In this document: one piece after another, positions 10,483-20,508 of the stretch | Numbering within the stretch: position 1 is the stretch's first letter | Layout: each line of letters starts with the position of its first letter | NCBI GenBank assembly: GCA_963701855.1 | Contig: CAVPBK010000006.1 | Coordinates: 128,001 to 192,000 of the forward strand | Reading direction: 5' to 3' | Source of the DNA: Nitrospirota bacterium | Lineage (GTDB): Bacteria > Nitrospirota > Nitrospiria > Nitrospirales > Nitrospiraceae | Length of the DNA stretch: 64,000 bases | Position numbers and translations under genes: made by a program | The notes under the pieces: generated by a model | Database searches by the model: none | What the model was told of the DNA's origin: nothing | Seen by the model: only the letters and a program-made list of their open reading frames with translations

Positions 10483-10620
10483 ATGGACAGCAAACAGTTT
10501 TCTCAAGCCGTCATGCGCGCACTCAGGAGAGCCGCCAAGGTGGCTCGCAAAATCGCACGAATGCATGGCACGCCGATCTACGTGTGGGAAAACGGCAAGG
10601 TCGTGGCGAAGAAGCCGTGA
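10483..10620 (+). CDS. small basic hypothetical protein, resembling small partners of zeta-toxin/AAA genes
   Basis: 45 aa, [31 protein letters not shown]; family resemblance recalled, not computed. Confidence 0.55.
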   Translation: MDSKQFSQAVMRALRRAAKVARKIARMHGTPIYVWENGKVVAKKP

Positions 10621-10653
10621 GTAGGAAACGGTTCCAGCCACCCATCTCTCTCT

Positions 10654-11025
10654 CTTGAGGGAGGGATTGTCGCGCTCGATCGCGGCCATCGCATCGTCAA
10701 CCAGCGTGCCGATAGCCGGCTGCGGGGCGTTCGCTTTGAGATATGACCAGTGCGCTTCCTTCGGCACCCAGAAAATGCTGGCGGCTTTGTATTCGTCGGG
10801 ATCTTCAGGGTCAGCACCCTTCTTGCGCTGCGTTTCGAGCTCGGCATGCTTCGCCTCAAAGGCATCCGAGATCTACTTGAGGAAGATCAGGCCCAGGACG
10901 ACGTGCTTGTACTCCGCCGCATCCATGTTGTTGCGGAGGCCGTCGGCCATCTGCCACAGCTTGGCCTCGAAGCCGAGATTGGCGCCGGTCTCAGGCTTAG
11001 AATCTGCTTTCCTCTTGTTTGCCAT
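10654..11025 (-). pseudogene. hsdM: type I restriction-modification M subunit, N-terminal fragment with premature stop
   Basis: [41 protein letters not shown]...[13 protein letters not shown]...DNPSLK; in-frame TAG at 10873-10875; truncated before the methyltransferase domain. Confidence 0.9.
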
Positions 11026-11123
11026 TGATGGCATTGCTCCTTGTTCTGCTGCACGATCCGCGCACCACTGCCCACACGAAAACTCTGAGTAACTTTGGTG
11101 GCCGAAGAATACGCTTTTTACGG

Positions 11124-11240
11124 TGTGAAATCACCCGCCTTTCAGGGAAGGTGAGACGTGACAGGTGAGCGTTGTGCGTGAGGGGTGAACGCGCGGACGG
11201 TTGGACTGGTCAGTCTTGTCTATCTCGTCTGTCTGGTCTG
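11124..11240 (+). repeat. imperfect direct repeat, copy 1 (copy 2 at 12756-12860)
   Basis: tgtgaaatcaccc(a)gcctttcagggaa(g/c)gtgagacgtga followed by shared aggggtga and tctcgtctgtc blocks. Confidence 0.8.
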
Positions 11241-11244
11241 TGAG

Positions 11245-11389
11245 TAGCAGGCGAAACGACTTCAGCTTCGTGTTCGTCGGCAAAGAGACGGACGTGTTAT
11301 TTCTCCGGGAGCGGCTTTCCCGGCTTGAGAAGGTCGCGTTTCCCAGCGTCAGAGAGGTCGTATTCCTCGCTGTCCTATGGACGTGCCAT
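11245..11389 (-). pseudogene. N-terminal relic of a type III-like site-specific DNA methyltransferase
   Basis: MARP*DSEEYDLSDAGKRDLLKPGKPLPEK*HVRLFADEHEAEVV resembles the GKPLPEKYRFLLF..KREVELVW N-terminus of such methylases; two in-frame stops. Confidence 0.6.
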
Positions 11390-11409
11390 ACACGATGATC
11401 CCTACTTCT

Positions 11410-12498
11410 TTACCTAATCCGGCTATTACCCTCTTTATTGCCCTCTTTTAAGGTTACTACCCTCTTTCGCCATTTTGCTCCTGGCCCGCGACCCAGGCAC
11501 TCGATTCGCCCGGCAGCCTTCAACTCGCGCAACAAGAGGCGGATCATGTCGCGGCTCACGCCGGGACACAGCCGTTCCACATCGGTGATGCCAAATTCGC
11601 CGCTGATGGTTTCAATGGCGTGTTCAACCATTTCGGTTTTTGCGCCTCGCGGGCTTGCCATCCGGCCGACTCGTTCTTCAAATTCCTTGCACGCGCGCGT
11701 GAGAATGTAGAGCAGAAAATTCATAGTCGGCCACGGATCGTGTTTACCCTCGTGCCAGCGCTGGGAACTTTGTTCGAGGACTTCGTAGTAACGCTCTTTG
11801 TTGTCCTCAATGATGCGCTCAAGGCTGATGTAGCGCCCGGCCTCGATGCCGCAATGGTAGCAGGCGAGCAAAAATAGCAGACGCGAGGTGCGGCCATTGC
11901 CGTCGCGGAACGGATGGATACACAGGAAATCGAGGTTCAGCGCGGCAGCGAGCACCAGCGGGTGCACCCATTTCTCACGCACGCCGCGCTGCCAGAGGTC
12001 GATCATCTCGGCCATCGCCCTGGGTGTGTCCTTCGCGGGCAGCGTTTTGAATCGGATGCGGCTACGGCCATCGGCATAGGTCTGGATGATGTTCACGTCC
12101 TTTTCTTTGTACGCCCCGGCATCCCAGATTTCTCCGCGCGACAGTTTGTGGAGCATTTTGATGGTGGCGTCGGAGATGGACAGCTTCGCGCCGTTCTCAT
12201 GGATGAGCTTCAGCGCGTCACGATAGCCGCGCACTTCTTGTTCGTCGCGGTCGCGCAAAGCGGGCTTGCCGAAGACGAGCGTGGCGATACGAGACTTGTC
12301 CACCTCCACACCTTCGATTCGGTTGGAAGACACAGCGCTTTCGATGAGCGCGTGTTCGCGCAATATCTTAAGTTTCTGCGGCGACTGGCGGGTGAACAAT
12401 TCCTGCTTGCCACGCGCCTCGGCAAGATCGGTCAGATACCACGTCGTCTGCGTGGGCAACGTGAGCGGTTCGGCGGCAAGTTGACGGAGCGTCATCAT
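11410..12498 (-). CDS. Fic family protein with C-terminal HTH
   Basis: HPFRDGNGRTSR motif, SSNRIEG. Confidence 0.92.
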   Translation of the reverse strand: MMTLRQLAAEPLTLPTQTTWYLTDLAEARGKQELFTRQSPQKLKILREHALIESAVSSNRIEGVEVDKSRIATLVFGKPALRDRDEQEVRGYRDALKLIHENGAKLSISDATIKMLHKLSRGEIWDAGAYKEKDVNIIQTYADGRSRIRFKTLPAKDTPRAMAEMIDLWQRGVREKWVHPLVLAAALNLDFLCIHPFRDGNGRTSRLLFLLACYHCGIEAGRYISLERIIEDNKERYYEVLEQSSQRWHEGKHDPWPTMNFLLYILTRACKEFEERVGRMASPRGAKTEMVEHAIETISGEFGITDVERLCPGVSRDMIRLLLRELKAAGRIECLGRGPGAKWRKRVVTLKEGNKEGNSRIR

Positions 12499-12755
12499 GG
12501 TTTGCTCTTGTACTCCGTGAAACTCACGGCGAGCACGGCGAAATTTCTCGGCGCGTACGGCGAGTTTGCAAAGTGAGGGTGAAGCGACATTGGGATTTCA
12601 GAAGGCTTTGGGGCACAAGAGTAATATGAGATTGGGTCTTAGAATCATACATTCATCCAGAGATCGTAGGCATCACTGAGTGTTCCGTCCGAGATATTCG
12701 CAAGCAGACCAGGACTCGATGCAACCTTTTGTCCCGCAGGATACCCTTTTCCCCA

Positions 12756-12917
12756 TGTGAAATCACCCAGCCTTTCAGGGAACGTGAGACGTGAAAGATG
12801 AACCCTTTGTCGTAAGGGGTGAGGGTGACGGTGGTTGGTCTGGTCTCTCTCGTCTGTCATGTTGATCGGACCACAAGCACCAGAGAAACCAGATAGACCA
12901 AATGAACAAGATAGACG
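12756..12917 (+). repeat. direct repeat copy 2 merged with a family C array
   Basis: Matches 11124-11240, then gttgatc-(aaaccagat)n. Confidence 0.75.
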
Positions 12918-13243
12918 AGTGCGCTGTCAACTCAGCATATAGCGTTCTGATTTCTTGGTCCCGTTGCGTTGGACCAGCCCTGCTTCGGGGACGGAAACAG
13001 TTAGTCAAGGATGAGTCAAGTTATGAGTCAACCTCTGAGCAATAAGAGAGCTGGTATCCGGAACCAACATCGCCTAGGAATCTGCGTGTAGAGAGAGCAC
13101 CGAAATATATCCGGAACGGGACGGCTCTCACTTGTCTTGCCACAGGATCACTCCCTAACGGCCACGCGAAACCTTTGTCTTACAACGCAATTATAACCCT
13201 ATTGCGTTGACACCCGTTTGTTTCTTGCTACAGTTTGAACACG

Positions 13244-14554
13244 ATGCTCACCATGAAATGTCCCGATTGTCAGGAGGACCTTATTCAGGTTCCGACAAGC
13301 CATGGCCCGGGGCTCGATGTCTGTTCCTCTGGACATGGACTCTGGCTCGATGTGGGAGAGGTGAATTTTTTCGTGGAGGATTACATCTCACTGAAACGGG
13401 CGATTGGTGACACGGGAGGCGTCGCGGTCAGGACAGAGACACTGTGTCCTCGATGCGGGAATCACATGGAGTCTGAGACGGTATCACACACGTCCTTCCT
13501 CAGCTGCGATTCCTGTCGCGGGTGGTGGCTACCTCACGGAAGCCTCAATCGTCTGAATGAGACCTATCGAGGCGCGGCGGTTCCGATCCAGATCCATGAA
13601 GCTGCGCTGTATACACAAGCTGCGGCAAGACATCGTGCGCTCAACGACACGTTTCACAATCAACCCAAGTTCAATGCGACACGCTCCAACCCCCAAGGCC
13701 TGTGGGTCTGGGTCCTGTTTTTCGGGCTCGCCTTCGCAATCGGAGGGATCATCTTCGTCTCTGGGATCGGTAAAACCATGAGAACCACTCAGTGGAGTCG
13801 GCCACCGGACCAACTTCTCTTATACTTGGTAGCTGGCACTGTGGGAGGATTCGGACTCTTCGTCTACGGATGGAAGGTTCGCCAACGGAAGCGCTTGATC
13901 GAAAGCATTCCGACCTCGACGATTCGTTCACTGGCCATGGGGTTGGTCGAGATTGGTGGGCAAGCACAGCCAGAGGGAAATCTTCTCTCCGCACCCTTCA
14001 GCGACCTTCCCTGTGTGTTCTTTTCCTATGCCGTGGAAGAGCATGTCGGGTCCGGGAAACATGCACGGTGGGAGACCATTGCGAAAGGCACTTCGGAGCA
14101 GCCCTTTATTGTACGCGATACAACCGGAGAGGTGCTCGTCGTACCCCTTGGCGCCGAGCTGATCTTGCCGGATGGGCGCACTTATCGAAACGATTGGCTC
14201 AGAGAATTGCCCCCCACTGCCATCGCCGGATTGAATCGACTGGGAATTTCGACCGAACGCTGGATAGGGAGCAAGACATTACGGTGCCGAGAAGCATCTA
14301 TTCAACCGGAAGAGCACGTCTATGTTCTCGGGACGGCCCTTGAACAGTCCGGCACAAAAGAACTCGTTGAGAACTCCGCTCGTCTGTATATCGGGAGCAG
14401 CCAAGACCATGAGTTCATTATCTCGGATCGAAGCGAAAAGGACTTATTGTCCCGATTGCATTGGCAGATGTTGGCTTATGGAGCAGGGGGCCTGGCACTG
14501 GCTGCAACCTGTTTGATCGTCATCTTCAGATACTACCTGACAACCGTGTCGTAA
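13244..14554 (+). CDS. membrane protein with tandem TFIIB-like Zn ribbons and a GIDE-like domain
   Basis: CPDC..LDVC..GHGLWLD.GE, CPRC..CDSCRGWWL; two TM; IESIPTSTIRSLAMGLVEI, PFIVRDTTGEVLV, VYVLG. Confidence 0.8.
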   Translation: MLTMKCPDCQEDLIQVPTSHGPGLDVCSSGHGLWLDVGEVNFFVEDYISLKRAIGDTGGVAVRTETLCPRCGNHMESETVSHTSFLSCDSCRGWWLPHGSLNRLNETYRGAAVPIQIHEAALYTQAAARHRALNDTFHNQPKFNATRSNPQGLWVWVLFFGLAFAIGGIIFVSGIGKTMRTTQWSRPPDQLLLYLVAGTVGGFGLFVYGWKVRQRKRLIESIPTSTIRSLAMGLVEIGGQAQPEGNLLSAPFSDLPCVFFSYAVEEHVGSGKHARWETIAKGTSEQPFIVRDTTGEVLVVPLGAELILPDGRTYRNDWLRELPPTAIAGLNRLGISTERWIGSKTLRCREASIQPEEHVYVLGTALEQSGTKELVENSARLYIGSSQDHEFIISDRSEKDLLSRLHWQMLAYGAGGLALAATCLIVIFRYYLTTVS

Positions 14555-14578
14555 CGTCAGACCAAAAGGAGCGCGCCC

Positions 14579-15166
14579 ATGAATACCACTTTACTGATCG
14601 GAAGCCTGCTCGTGATCGGAATGAGCGTACTCGTCGCCTATGTGATCGGCGTTTATAACATGCTGGTCCGGCTTGCCAATAACATCGACAAGGCTTGGTC
14701 GAATATCGATGTCATTTTGAAGCAGCGGCATGATGAGCTTCCCAAGCTTGTTGAAGTCTGTAACAGCTACATGACGCACGAGCGGGAAACGCTGGAATCC
14801 GTCACCAAAGCCCGTACTGCCTATAGCACAGGGGTGAGTATCGACGACAAGGCACAGGCGGAAAATCAGATCATCGGCGCCTTAGGAAAACTCTTTGCCG
14901 TGGCCGAACAGTATCCGGATCTGAAAGCCAATCAAGAATTCTTAGCCGTTCAACAACGCATATCGGCGCTGGAAAACACCATTGCCGATCGGCGCGAGTT
15001 CTATAATGACTCGGTCAACCTGTACAATATCGCTATCGAGCAAATCCCTGTGATCTGGGTGGCGCAGGAAGTCGGATACGGAGCGCGGCCATTGTTGACA
15101 GTGACGCTGGCCGATCGCAAGGACGTGCCGCTCGCTTTTGCCAATCGTACGGCCATGGCGGCGTAG
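14579..15166 (+). CDS. lemA: LemA family protein
   Basis: AWSNIDVILKQRHDELPKLV, AEQYPDLKAN, RREFYN. Confidence 0.92.
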   Translation: MNTTLLIGSLLVIGMSVLVAYVIGVYNMLVRLANNIDKAWSNIDVILKQRHDELPKLVEVCNSYMTHERETLESVTKARTAYSTGVSIDDKAQAENQIIGALGKLFAVAEQYPDLKANQEFLAVQQRISALENTIADRREFYNDSVNLYNIAIEQIPVIWVAQEVGYGARPLLTVTLADRKDVPLAFANRTAMAA

Positions 15167-15266
15167 ACACACCATCGGCTGATAGGGGTAGTAAGAAGTA
15201 GCACATCCGTTCGTCCCCACTGTGCACGTCCAACGAGGGCCTACTGACCTTCCCCTCTCTGCCTAA

Positions 15267-15362
15267 GGGGAGCAGCCAGACTATCCTTCAGTGCGCGCAT
15301 CGGACGAGCACTGTTTTATCGTGCGCGTTCTGCGAGCAAGAAGGATAGTCTGGCCGCTCCCC
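15267..15362. repeat. family D hairpin element
   Basis: Arms ggggagcagccagactatccttc / gaaggatagtctggccgctcccc around a TGCGCG..GAGCAC core. Confidence 0.8.
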
Positions 15363-15458
15363 TCTCGTCCCTCCAAGCTTGCTCGTTTTCCATTTCCAGA
15401 GTAGCGGCCTGGTTTGGTCCTCCACTGCGCACATTTCTTCTTATCAACAACCATCACT

Positions 15459-15557
15459 GAGTGAGGCCACCCCTGTTGGTCCCACTGCGCCCGTCGAGCG
15501 AGCACATTCTGATCGTGCGCGCTCCGGGAGCACCGGACCAATAGGGTGGCCTCACTC
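15459..15557. repeat. family D hairpin element overlapping the permease stop codon
   Basis: Arms gagtgaggccaccc..ttggtcc / ggaccaa..gggtggcctcactc. Confidence 0.8.
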
Positions 15558-18170
15558 CTCCCGCAATCCATCCATGACCGGTTGCCGTGCAGCCCAGCGC
15601 GCCGGCCAGTAGCCGGCTACCAGAGCAGCCGTGAGTGCGAGTCCTACGGCTTGCAGAATGACTCCACCCGGAACCGTCATCTGGATCGTCCAGCCAAATG
15701 ATTGTTTATTGATCACGTGGATGAGCAGCAGAGCGAGCAGCAAACCTCCCGCAACGCCCAACGCAGCCCCGATCAATCCAAGATACGCCGCTTCCCACAG
15801 AACTAATCGCTCCACTTGCCTCGTGCTGGCGCCGATCGCCCGCAACGTGGCAAACTCACGTCGCCGCTCCAACACGGCTGTCACCAAGGTGTTTACAATG
15901 CCGAGCACGGCCACTAGCACGGCAATGGCTTCAAGGACATAGGTTAAAACGAAGGAGCGGTCGAAGATCTCGAGGATCTCATGCCGCAACTCGCGGTTCC
16001 GGATTACCAACGGTGGAAGCGTCATTCCATCCATCCCGGCGACGTGTGTCACAATCGACTGCCTTACTCGCTCGACATCGGCCCCGGCAGCCAGGTAGAC
16101 GGAAAATACCGTTACCCGATCGTCGTGCCATTGTTGCTGATACCATGTTCGATCCATCACCATCTTCCCGCCGTCGGTCGCGTAATCGTAAAAAATTCCC
16201 TCGACGGACACGGCAGTTGGTCCCGCCGGCGTCGTGATCGAGACCTTGTCCCCCTCGCGAAGCCCTAGCCGATTTGCCAACACTTCCGATAGGAGGGCGC
16301 CTCCGTTCTCGGCGGCTCGCCGCAGGGCCGCACTTGAATCTCCATGAACCATCAGATACCGGCTGCGCTGCGCATGGAGCCGAAGATCTCGTGACACCAA
16401 CGCCACCGGCTGACCCGCAACGTCCACATACACATCACGATAGGTATCGACCGCGGCAATGCCGTCAATCGCCGACAGGGTTGAACGCCAGGCCCCCGGC
16501 AAGGCACGCGAGGCCTGCCCAGACTGCTTCCCCTGAAGCCAGGATTGTGGCGCCACGATAAGATCGGCCATCACGGTTTCATCCACCCAGAACTCGACCG
16601 TGTCACGAAAACTGCGAACCATCACGACGACACCGATCATGATCGACAATCCCACCATCAACGCCGACACCGTCACGGCATTCCGGCCCGGATGCCGCGC
16701 CGTCTGGTCTGCCACAATGAGCCGGAAACTTCCCCCTAGCATCATCGTCTTGCTCTCCCGGCGAAGATGCCGCCAGCCCAACACCTTGATACAGATCGGC
16801 GCAAGACAGGAGAGGGCCCCTAAGAGACAGACCGTCGCGAAATAGCCAAAGAGCGGCAGGTCTCCAACTGGACCCATCAGCGAGCAGAGGCCTGCCAGCA
16901 CCAACAACCCAAGGCTGATCCACCCCCACAAGCCTGCCCTCAGCTGCTGAGTCGATTCATAGCCTCCCGGCGCCAAGGCGCGAACTGTCACAGTCCTTCC
17001 TGCTTCCACGCTGGGACCCAAGGCTCCTACCATCGAAACCACCGTCCCCAGCAAAACTCCTTTCGCTACTGACGTGAGGGTCAGCATGTCCATCGACAGG
17101 ATCAGCCCACTGGACGTGACCGGCGCATAGAGGTCTGAGACCGTTCGGCTGACGAGCGACACCAAACCCATAGACAGCCATACCCCGCCTAGACCTCCCA
17201 AGAGCCCGCCAAGCAGACCGAGCAGTCCCGCCTCCATGAGAAATAAGCCTGCGACCCGCCGCTCCGTCATGCCGAGCGCTCGGTAAATGCCTATCTCGCG
17301 CCTCCGTTGTGCCACAACAAAGGCGATCGTGTTGTAGATCAAGAACACCCCAACGAGCAGCCCGACCCAGCTCATGACCGAGAGATTGAGCTGGAAGGCC
17401 CAGACCATGTTTTCAACTTGCTTCGTCCGTTGTGCCGGTCGTTGCACAATGAGATGGGGAGGAAGAACCGCGCGCAGGGAAACGATGATGTTGTCGAGCG
17501 GTCGGTTGGGCGTCGTCACCAACTCGATCCGATCCAGCCGCCCGATCGATCGAAACAACAGTTGCGCCGCGGCAATATCCATCACGGCAAGCCGATCCCA
17601 GAGGGACGTGCCTGCCGCTTCGTGATGAATGAGCCCTGCGACTCGCAGCCGTACGACGCGCCCTCCCGTCATCACCTCGATGACACTACCAACCCCCAGA
17701 TTCCAGTCTGCAGCCACCTGACGGCCAAGATACAGCGCGTCCGGAGCCAGAAGCGCCTCCAGCGCCACGTCGGCATCAGCCTGCGAAACCCGAAAGCCAC
17801 GCGCTCCAGCCTCCGCAAGTAGATCCAGTCCCAATACCTCAAGCGCCTGGCCACGCATCTCCCCCTGGGCAAATACGACCGACTCTTCAATCACCGGAGC
17901 AGCGCTCACCACCCCCTCGACCGCACGAACAGCCGTAATCGTGGATTCATCCACTCCGAGATCATGGCCTGCAATTTCCAAGGTGGCTGGGCCGGCTACC
18001 GTCGTGACCGCTTGCTCGAAGGAGCGCAGGACTTGAATATTCGCCGTCCCAATGGCCACCGAGGCCAGCACCCCCAGTGCCACTCCAGCGATGCTGAGCA
18101 GGGTGCGAAATGGCCGCTGGAAGGCATGGGCACGAATCAGGGCGCGATAGAGCCTAAGTGGTATAATCAT
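15552..18170 (-). CDS. ABC transporter permease, double MacB/FtsX type
   Basis: Two FtsX repeats (RRREIGIYRALG, RRREFATLRAIG), 872 aa. Confidence 0.92.
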   Translation of the reverse strand: MIIPLRLYRALIRAHAFQRPFRTLLSIAGVALGVLASVAIGTANIQVLRSFEQAVTTVAGPATLEIAGHDLGVDESTITAVRAVEGVVSAAPVIEESVVFAQGEMRGQALEVLGLDLLAEAGARGFRVSQADADVALEALLAPDALYLGRQVAADWNLGVGSVIEVMTGGRVVRLRVAGLIHHEAAGTSLWDRLAVMDIAAAQLLFRSIGRLDRIELVTTPNRPLDNIIVSLRAVLPPHLIVQRPAQRTKQVENMVWAFQLNLSVMSWVGLLVGVFLIYNTIAFVVAQRRREIGIYRALGMTERRVAGLFLMEAGLLGLLGGLLGGLGGVWLSMGLVSLVSRTVSDLYAPVTSSGLILSMDMLTLTSVAKGVLLGTVVSMVGALGPSVEAGRTVTVRALAPGGYESTQQLRAGLWGWISLGLLVLAGLCSLMGPVGDLPLFGYFATVCLLGALSCLAPICIKVLGWRHLRRESKTMMLGGSFRLIVADQTARHPGRNAVTVSALMVGLSIMIGVVVMVRSFRDTVEFWVDETVMADLIVAPQSWLQGKQSGQASRALPGAWRSTLSAIDGIAAVDTYRDVYVDVAGQPVALVSRDLRLHAQRSRYLMVHGDSSAALRRAAENGGALLSEVLANRLGLREGDKVSITTPAGPTAVSVEGIFYDYATDGGKMVMDRTWYQQQWHDDRVTVFSVYLAAGADVERVRQSIVTHVAGMDGMTLPPLVIRNRELRHEILEIFDRSFVLTYVLEAIAVLVAVLGIVNTLVTAVLERRREFATLRAIGASTRQVERLVLWEAAYLGLIGAALGVAGGLLLALLLIHVINKQSFGWTIQMTVPGGVILQAVGLALTAALVAGYWPARWAARQPVMDGLREE

Positions 18171-18336
18171 CTAGAACGAGAGAGCGGTAATAGCAGAACG
18201 ACACATCATGGATGAGGGCCTGAAGACAAATTGAATCGCCCGGGCCGGTAACTGAGCCCTGCACAAATTGGTCGTTTCGTTTACAGTCAAACAGACCTTT
18301 GCTAGACTCGCGTGAGTCGATAATAAGAGGTCATTG

Positions 18337-18609
18337 ATGGGCATGCGAACAGCTCTGAATCGAAAAGTCCAGCCCCTACAGGAGGAGATCGACACCGAAC
18401 TCCTCACACCTCGGCAGCGTGATATCCTTCGCCTGGTGTCGATCGGGCACACGAACCGTGAGATTGCGCAGGTGCTGGATATCAGCGTGCGCACGGTCGA
18501 AGTGCACCGATTCAACTTGATGCGACGGTTGAACGTGCGAAACGTGGCGCAACTACTGCGACGATCTCTGCAGTTGGGTCTCCTTGCCAAGACGTTCGGG
18601 GCCAAGTAG
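18337..18609 (+). CDS. stand-alone LuxR-type HTH regulator
   Basis: LTPRQRDILRLVSIGHTNREIAQVLDISVRTVEVHR. Confidence 0.9.
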   Translation: MGMRTALNRKVQPLQEEIDTELLTPRQRDILRLVSIGHTNREIAQVLDISVRTVEVHRFNLMRRLNVRNVAQLLRRSLQLGLLAKTFGAK

Positions 18610-18610
18610 C

Positions 18611-19537
18611 CTATAACTCCTTCAGCTTGCCCCGGCAGTCCTCCAACTTCGCATACCCCTTCTTGCTGAGCTGAGCCGCCAGTTCCGTTTCCAATCGGCC
18701 AAACACGTCGATCCCTTCCTCGACCAACACCGTCCCGATCTGCACGGCCGACGCGCCACACAGCATATGTTCGAAGGCATCCACGCCGTTGACCACACCG
18801 CCGGTCCCGATAATCGACATGCGTCCTTCAAAGATTTTCCAAAAAGCCCGCACGTTGGCCAATGCGACCGGCTTGATGATCGTGCCACCCAGTCCACCGA
18901 ACCCACCCTTAGGCTTGATGACGACCGCCTCGTGCTCAGGATCGACGACGAGCCCGTTCCCGACCGAGTTAATCAGGTTGAGAAAATCGACCCCGCAACG
19001 GCCAATTACCTTTCCCATTGCTTGATGATGGGCAGGATCGAAATAGGGAGGCAGCTTGACTCCCATCGGAACCGTGATCACCTTACGAACCCGCCTCAGC
19101 AGGCGCTCGGAGGCTTCGACGTCATATCCGATCTGAGGTTTGCCTGGAATGTTGGGACAAGAGAGATTGATTTCGATCAAGTCCGGCTTCACCGCATTGA
19201 TCGTGGCCGCAATCGTCGTGAAATCGTCTTCACAGAGACCTGCCACACTGGCGATAACCGGCTTTCCAAGTCTCTTCAATTCAGGAATGAGTGCGGCATA
19301 CGCCTTGTATCCGAGATTGGGCAAGCCCATGGAGTTGATGGACCCGCCGGGAAATCCAACATACCGGGGTGTCGGATTGCCGTCGCGAGGCTCAACCGTC
19401 ATCGACTTGGTGACGATGGCCCCGGCCCGAGATCGACCGAGAGCCAGCAGTTCGTCACGCGTGACACAGAGCGCTCCCGAGGCATTCATGAAACAGCTGG
19501 GAAATCGTACACCGGCAATGGAGGTCGACAGATCCAT
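18611..19537 (-). CDS. pyrD: dihydroorotate dehydrogenase, class 1A-like
   Basis: MNASG, NSMGLPN, NLSCPN, KLPPY, GGFGGLGG; ATG overlaps the upstream TGA. Confidence 0.92.
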   Translation of the reverse strand: MDLSTSIAGVRFPSCFMNASGALCVTRDELLALGRSRAGAIVTKSMTVEPRDGNPTPRYVGFPGGSINSMGLPNLGYKAYAALIPELKRLGKPVIASVAGLCEDDFTTIAATINAVKPDLIEINLSCPNIPGKPQIGYDVEASERLLRRVRKVITVPMGVKLPPYFDPAHHQAMGKVIGRCGVDFLNLINSVGNGLVVDPEHEAVVIKPKGGFGGLGGTIIKPVALANVRAFWKIFEGRMSIIGTGGVVNGVDAFEHMLCGASAVQIGTVLVEEGIDVFGRLETELAAQLSKKGYAKLEDCRGKLKEL

Positions 19538-20253
19538 CACGCGACCACCGTGGTAGGCTCGCGCTGCGTTCTCGTCATAAGCCGCCCATCCTTCATGGCC
19601 CAAATATAATCTGCCGCCGCAGCAGCCTCGGTGCTGTGGGTGACCAACAGCACGGTTTGGCAGAAGCGCTGAACGAGCGACCGAAGGAGAACGATGATCT
19701 CGGCCCCATGCTGGGAGTCCAAATTGCCGGTCGGCTCATCGGCAAGAATGATCTGGGGCTGATGCACAATCGCTCGCGCAATCGCCACACGCTGCTGCTC
19801 TCCGCCCGAGAGCTCGCTGGGGCGATGATGTCGTCGTGCGGTCATCGAGACCAACTCGAGCACCTCCTCGACGCGAACCTGGACCGATGTCCCTCGTTCC
19901 CCGCGCAGCAACAAAGGAAACGCGACATTCTCCGCAGCCGTCAACCCGGGAATCAAATGGAATGATTGGAAGACAATCCCGACTGTCTCCCGCCTGATCC
20001 TCGTCCAGTCATCGCTCGTGAATCGACTGGTTGAACGCCCTCCGAGGAGGATATCCCCTGAAGTCGGCACATCCAATCCGCCAACCAGATTAAGCAGCGT
20101 ACTTTTCCCGCAGCCGCTGGGACCGATAAACGCACAGAACTCTCCCTTTCCCACTTCAACAGAAACCTTATCGAGCCCTGTGATGCGGTCGCCACCCCGC
20201 TCATAGATCTTCGACACTTGGTCGAATGTCACCATCGTGATCTGCTTCTCCAT
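19537..20253 (-). CDS. ABC transporter ATP-binding protein (LolD/MacB-like)
   Basis: [29 protein letters not shown]. Confidence 0.95.
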   Translation of the reverse strand: MEKQITMVTFDQVSKIYERGGDRITGLDKVSVEVGKGEFCAFIGPSGCGKSTLLNLVGGLDVPTSGDILLGGRSTSRFTSDDWTRIRRETVGIVFQSFHLIPGLTAAENVAFPLLLRGERGTSVQVRVEEVLELVSMTARRHHRPSELSGGEQQRVAIARAIVHQPQIILADEPTGNLDSQHGAEIIVLLRSLVQRFCQTVLLVTHSTEAAAAADYIWAMKDGRLMTRTQREPTTVVA

Positions 20254-20289
20254 TCGTATCCAAACCTGTAGAATAGGCAGGCGCGGCAG

Positions 20290-20370
20290 GCTGATCTGAT
20301 TCATCTGGTTTGTTTTGTTCGTTTGGTTAATCTAGTTCAACCAAACAGACCAAACAAACCAGAGAAACCA
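20290..20370. repeat. family C inverted 9-mer array
   Basis: (ttcatctgg)n GTTCAAC (caaaccaga)n. Confidence 0.75.
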
Positions 20371-20508
20371 TCCATTTTCGCGCATCGCTCGCGCCTATCC
20401 TGCTGCCTTCGTATATCACAACCATTTACAGAGCAACAACCTTGACAGGCGCGGCACATTCCCATAGAAGAAGCGCACGGACTCGTTAGTTGGAGCGTTT
20501 CCCCTGCG

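Noticed and set aside
10873..10875. Amber readthrough or recoding in hsdM
   Set aside because: The gene is also truncated before its catalytic domain, so a Tyr-to-stop mutation is simpler
12600..12755. Possible further pseudogene fragment
   Set aside because: No family recognised by eye; blastx is needed
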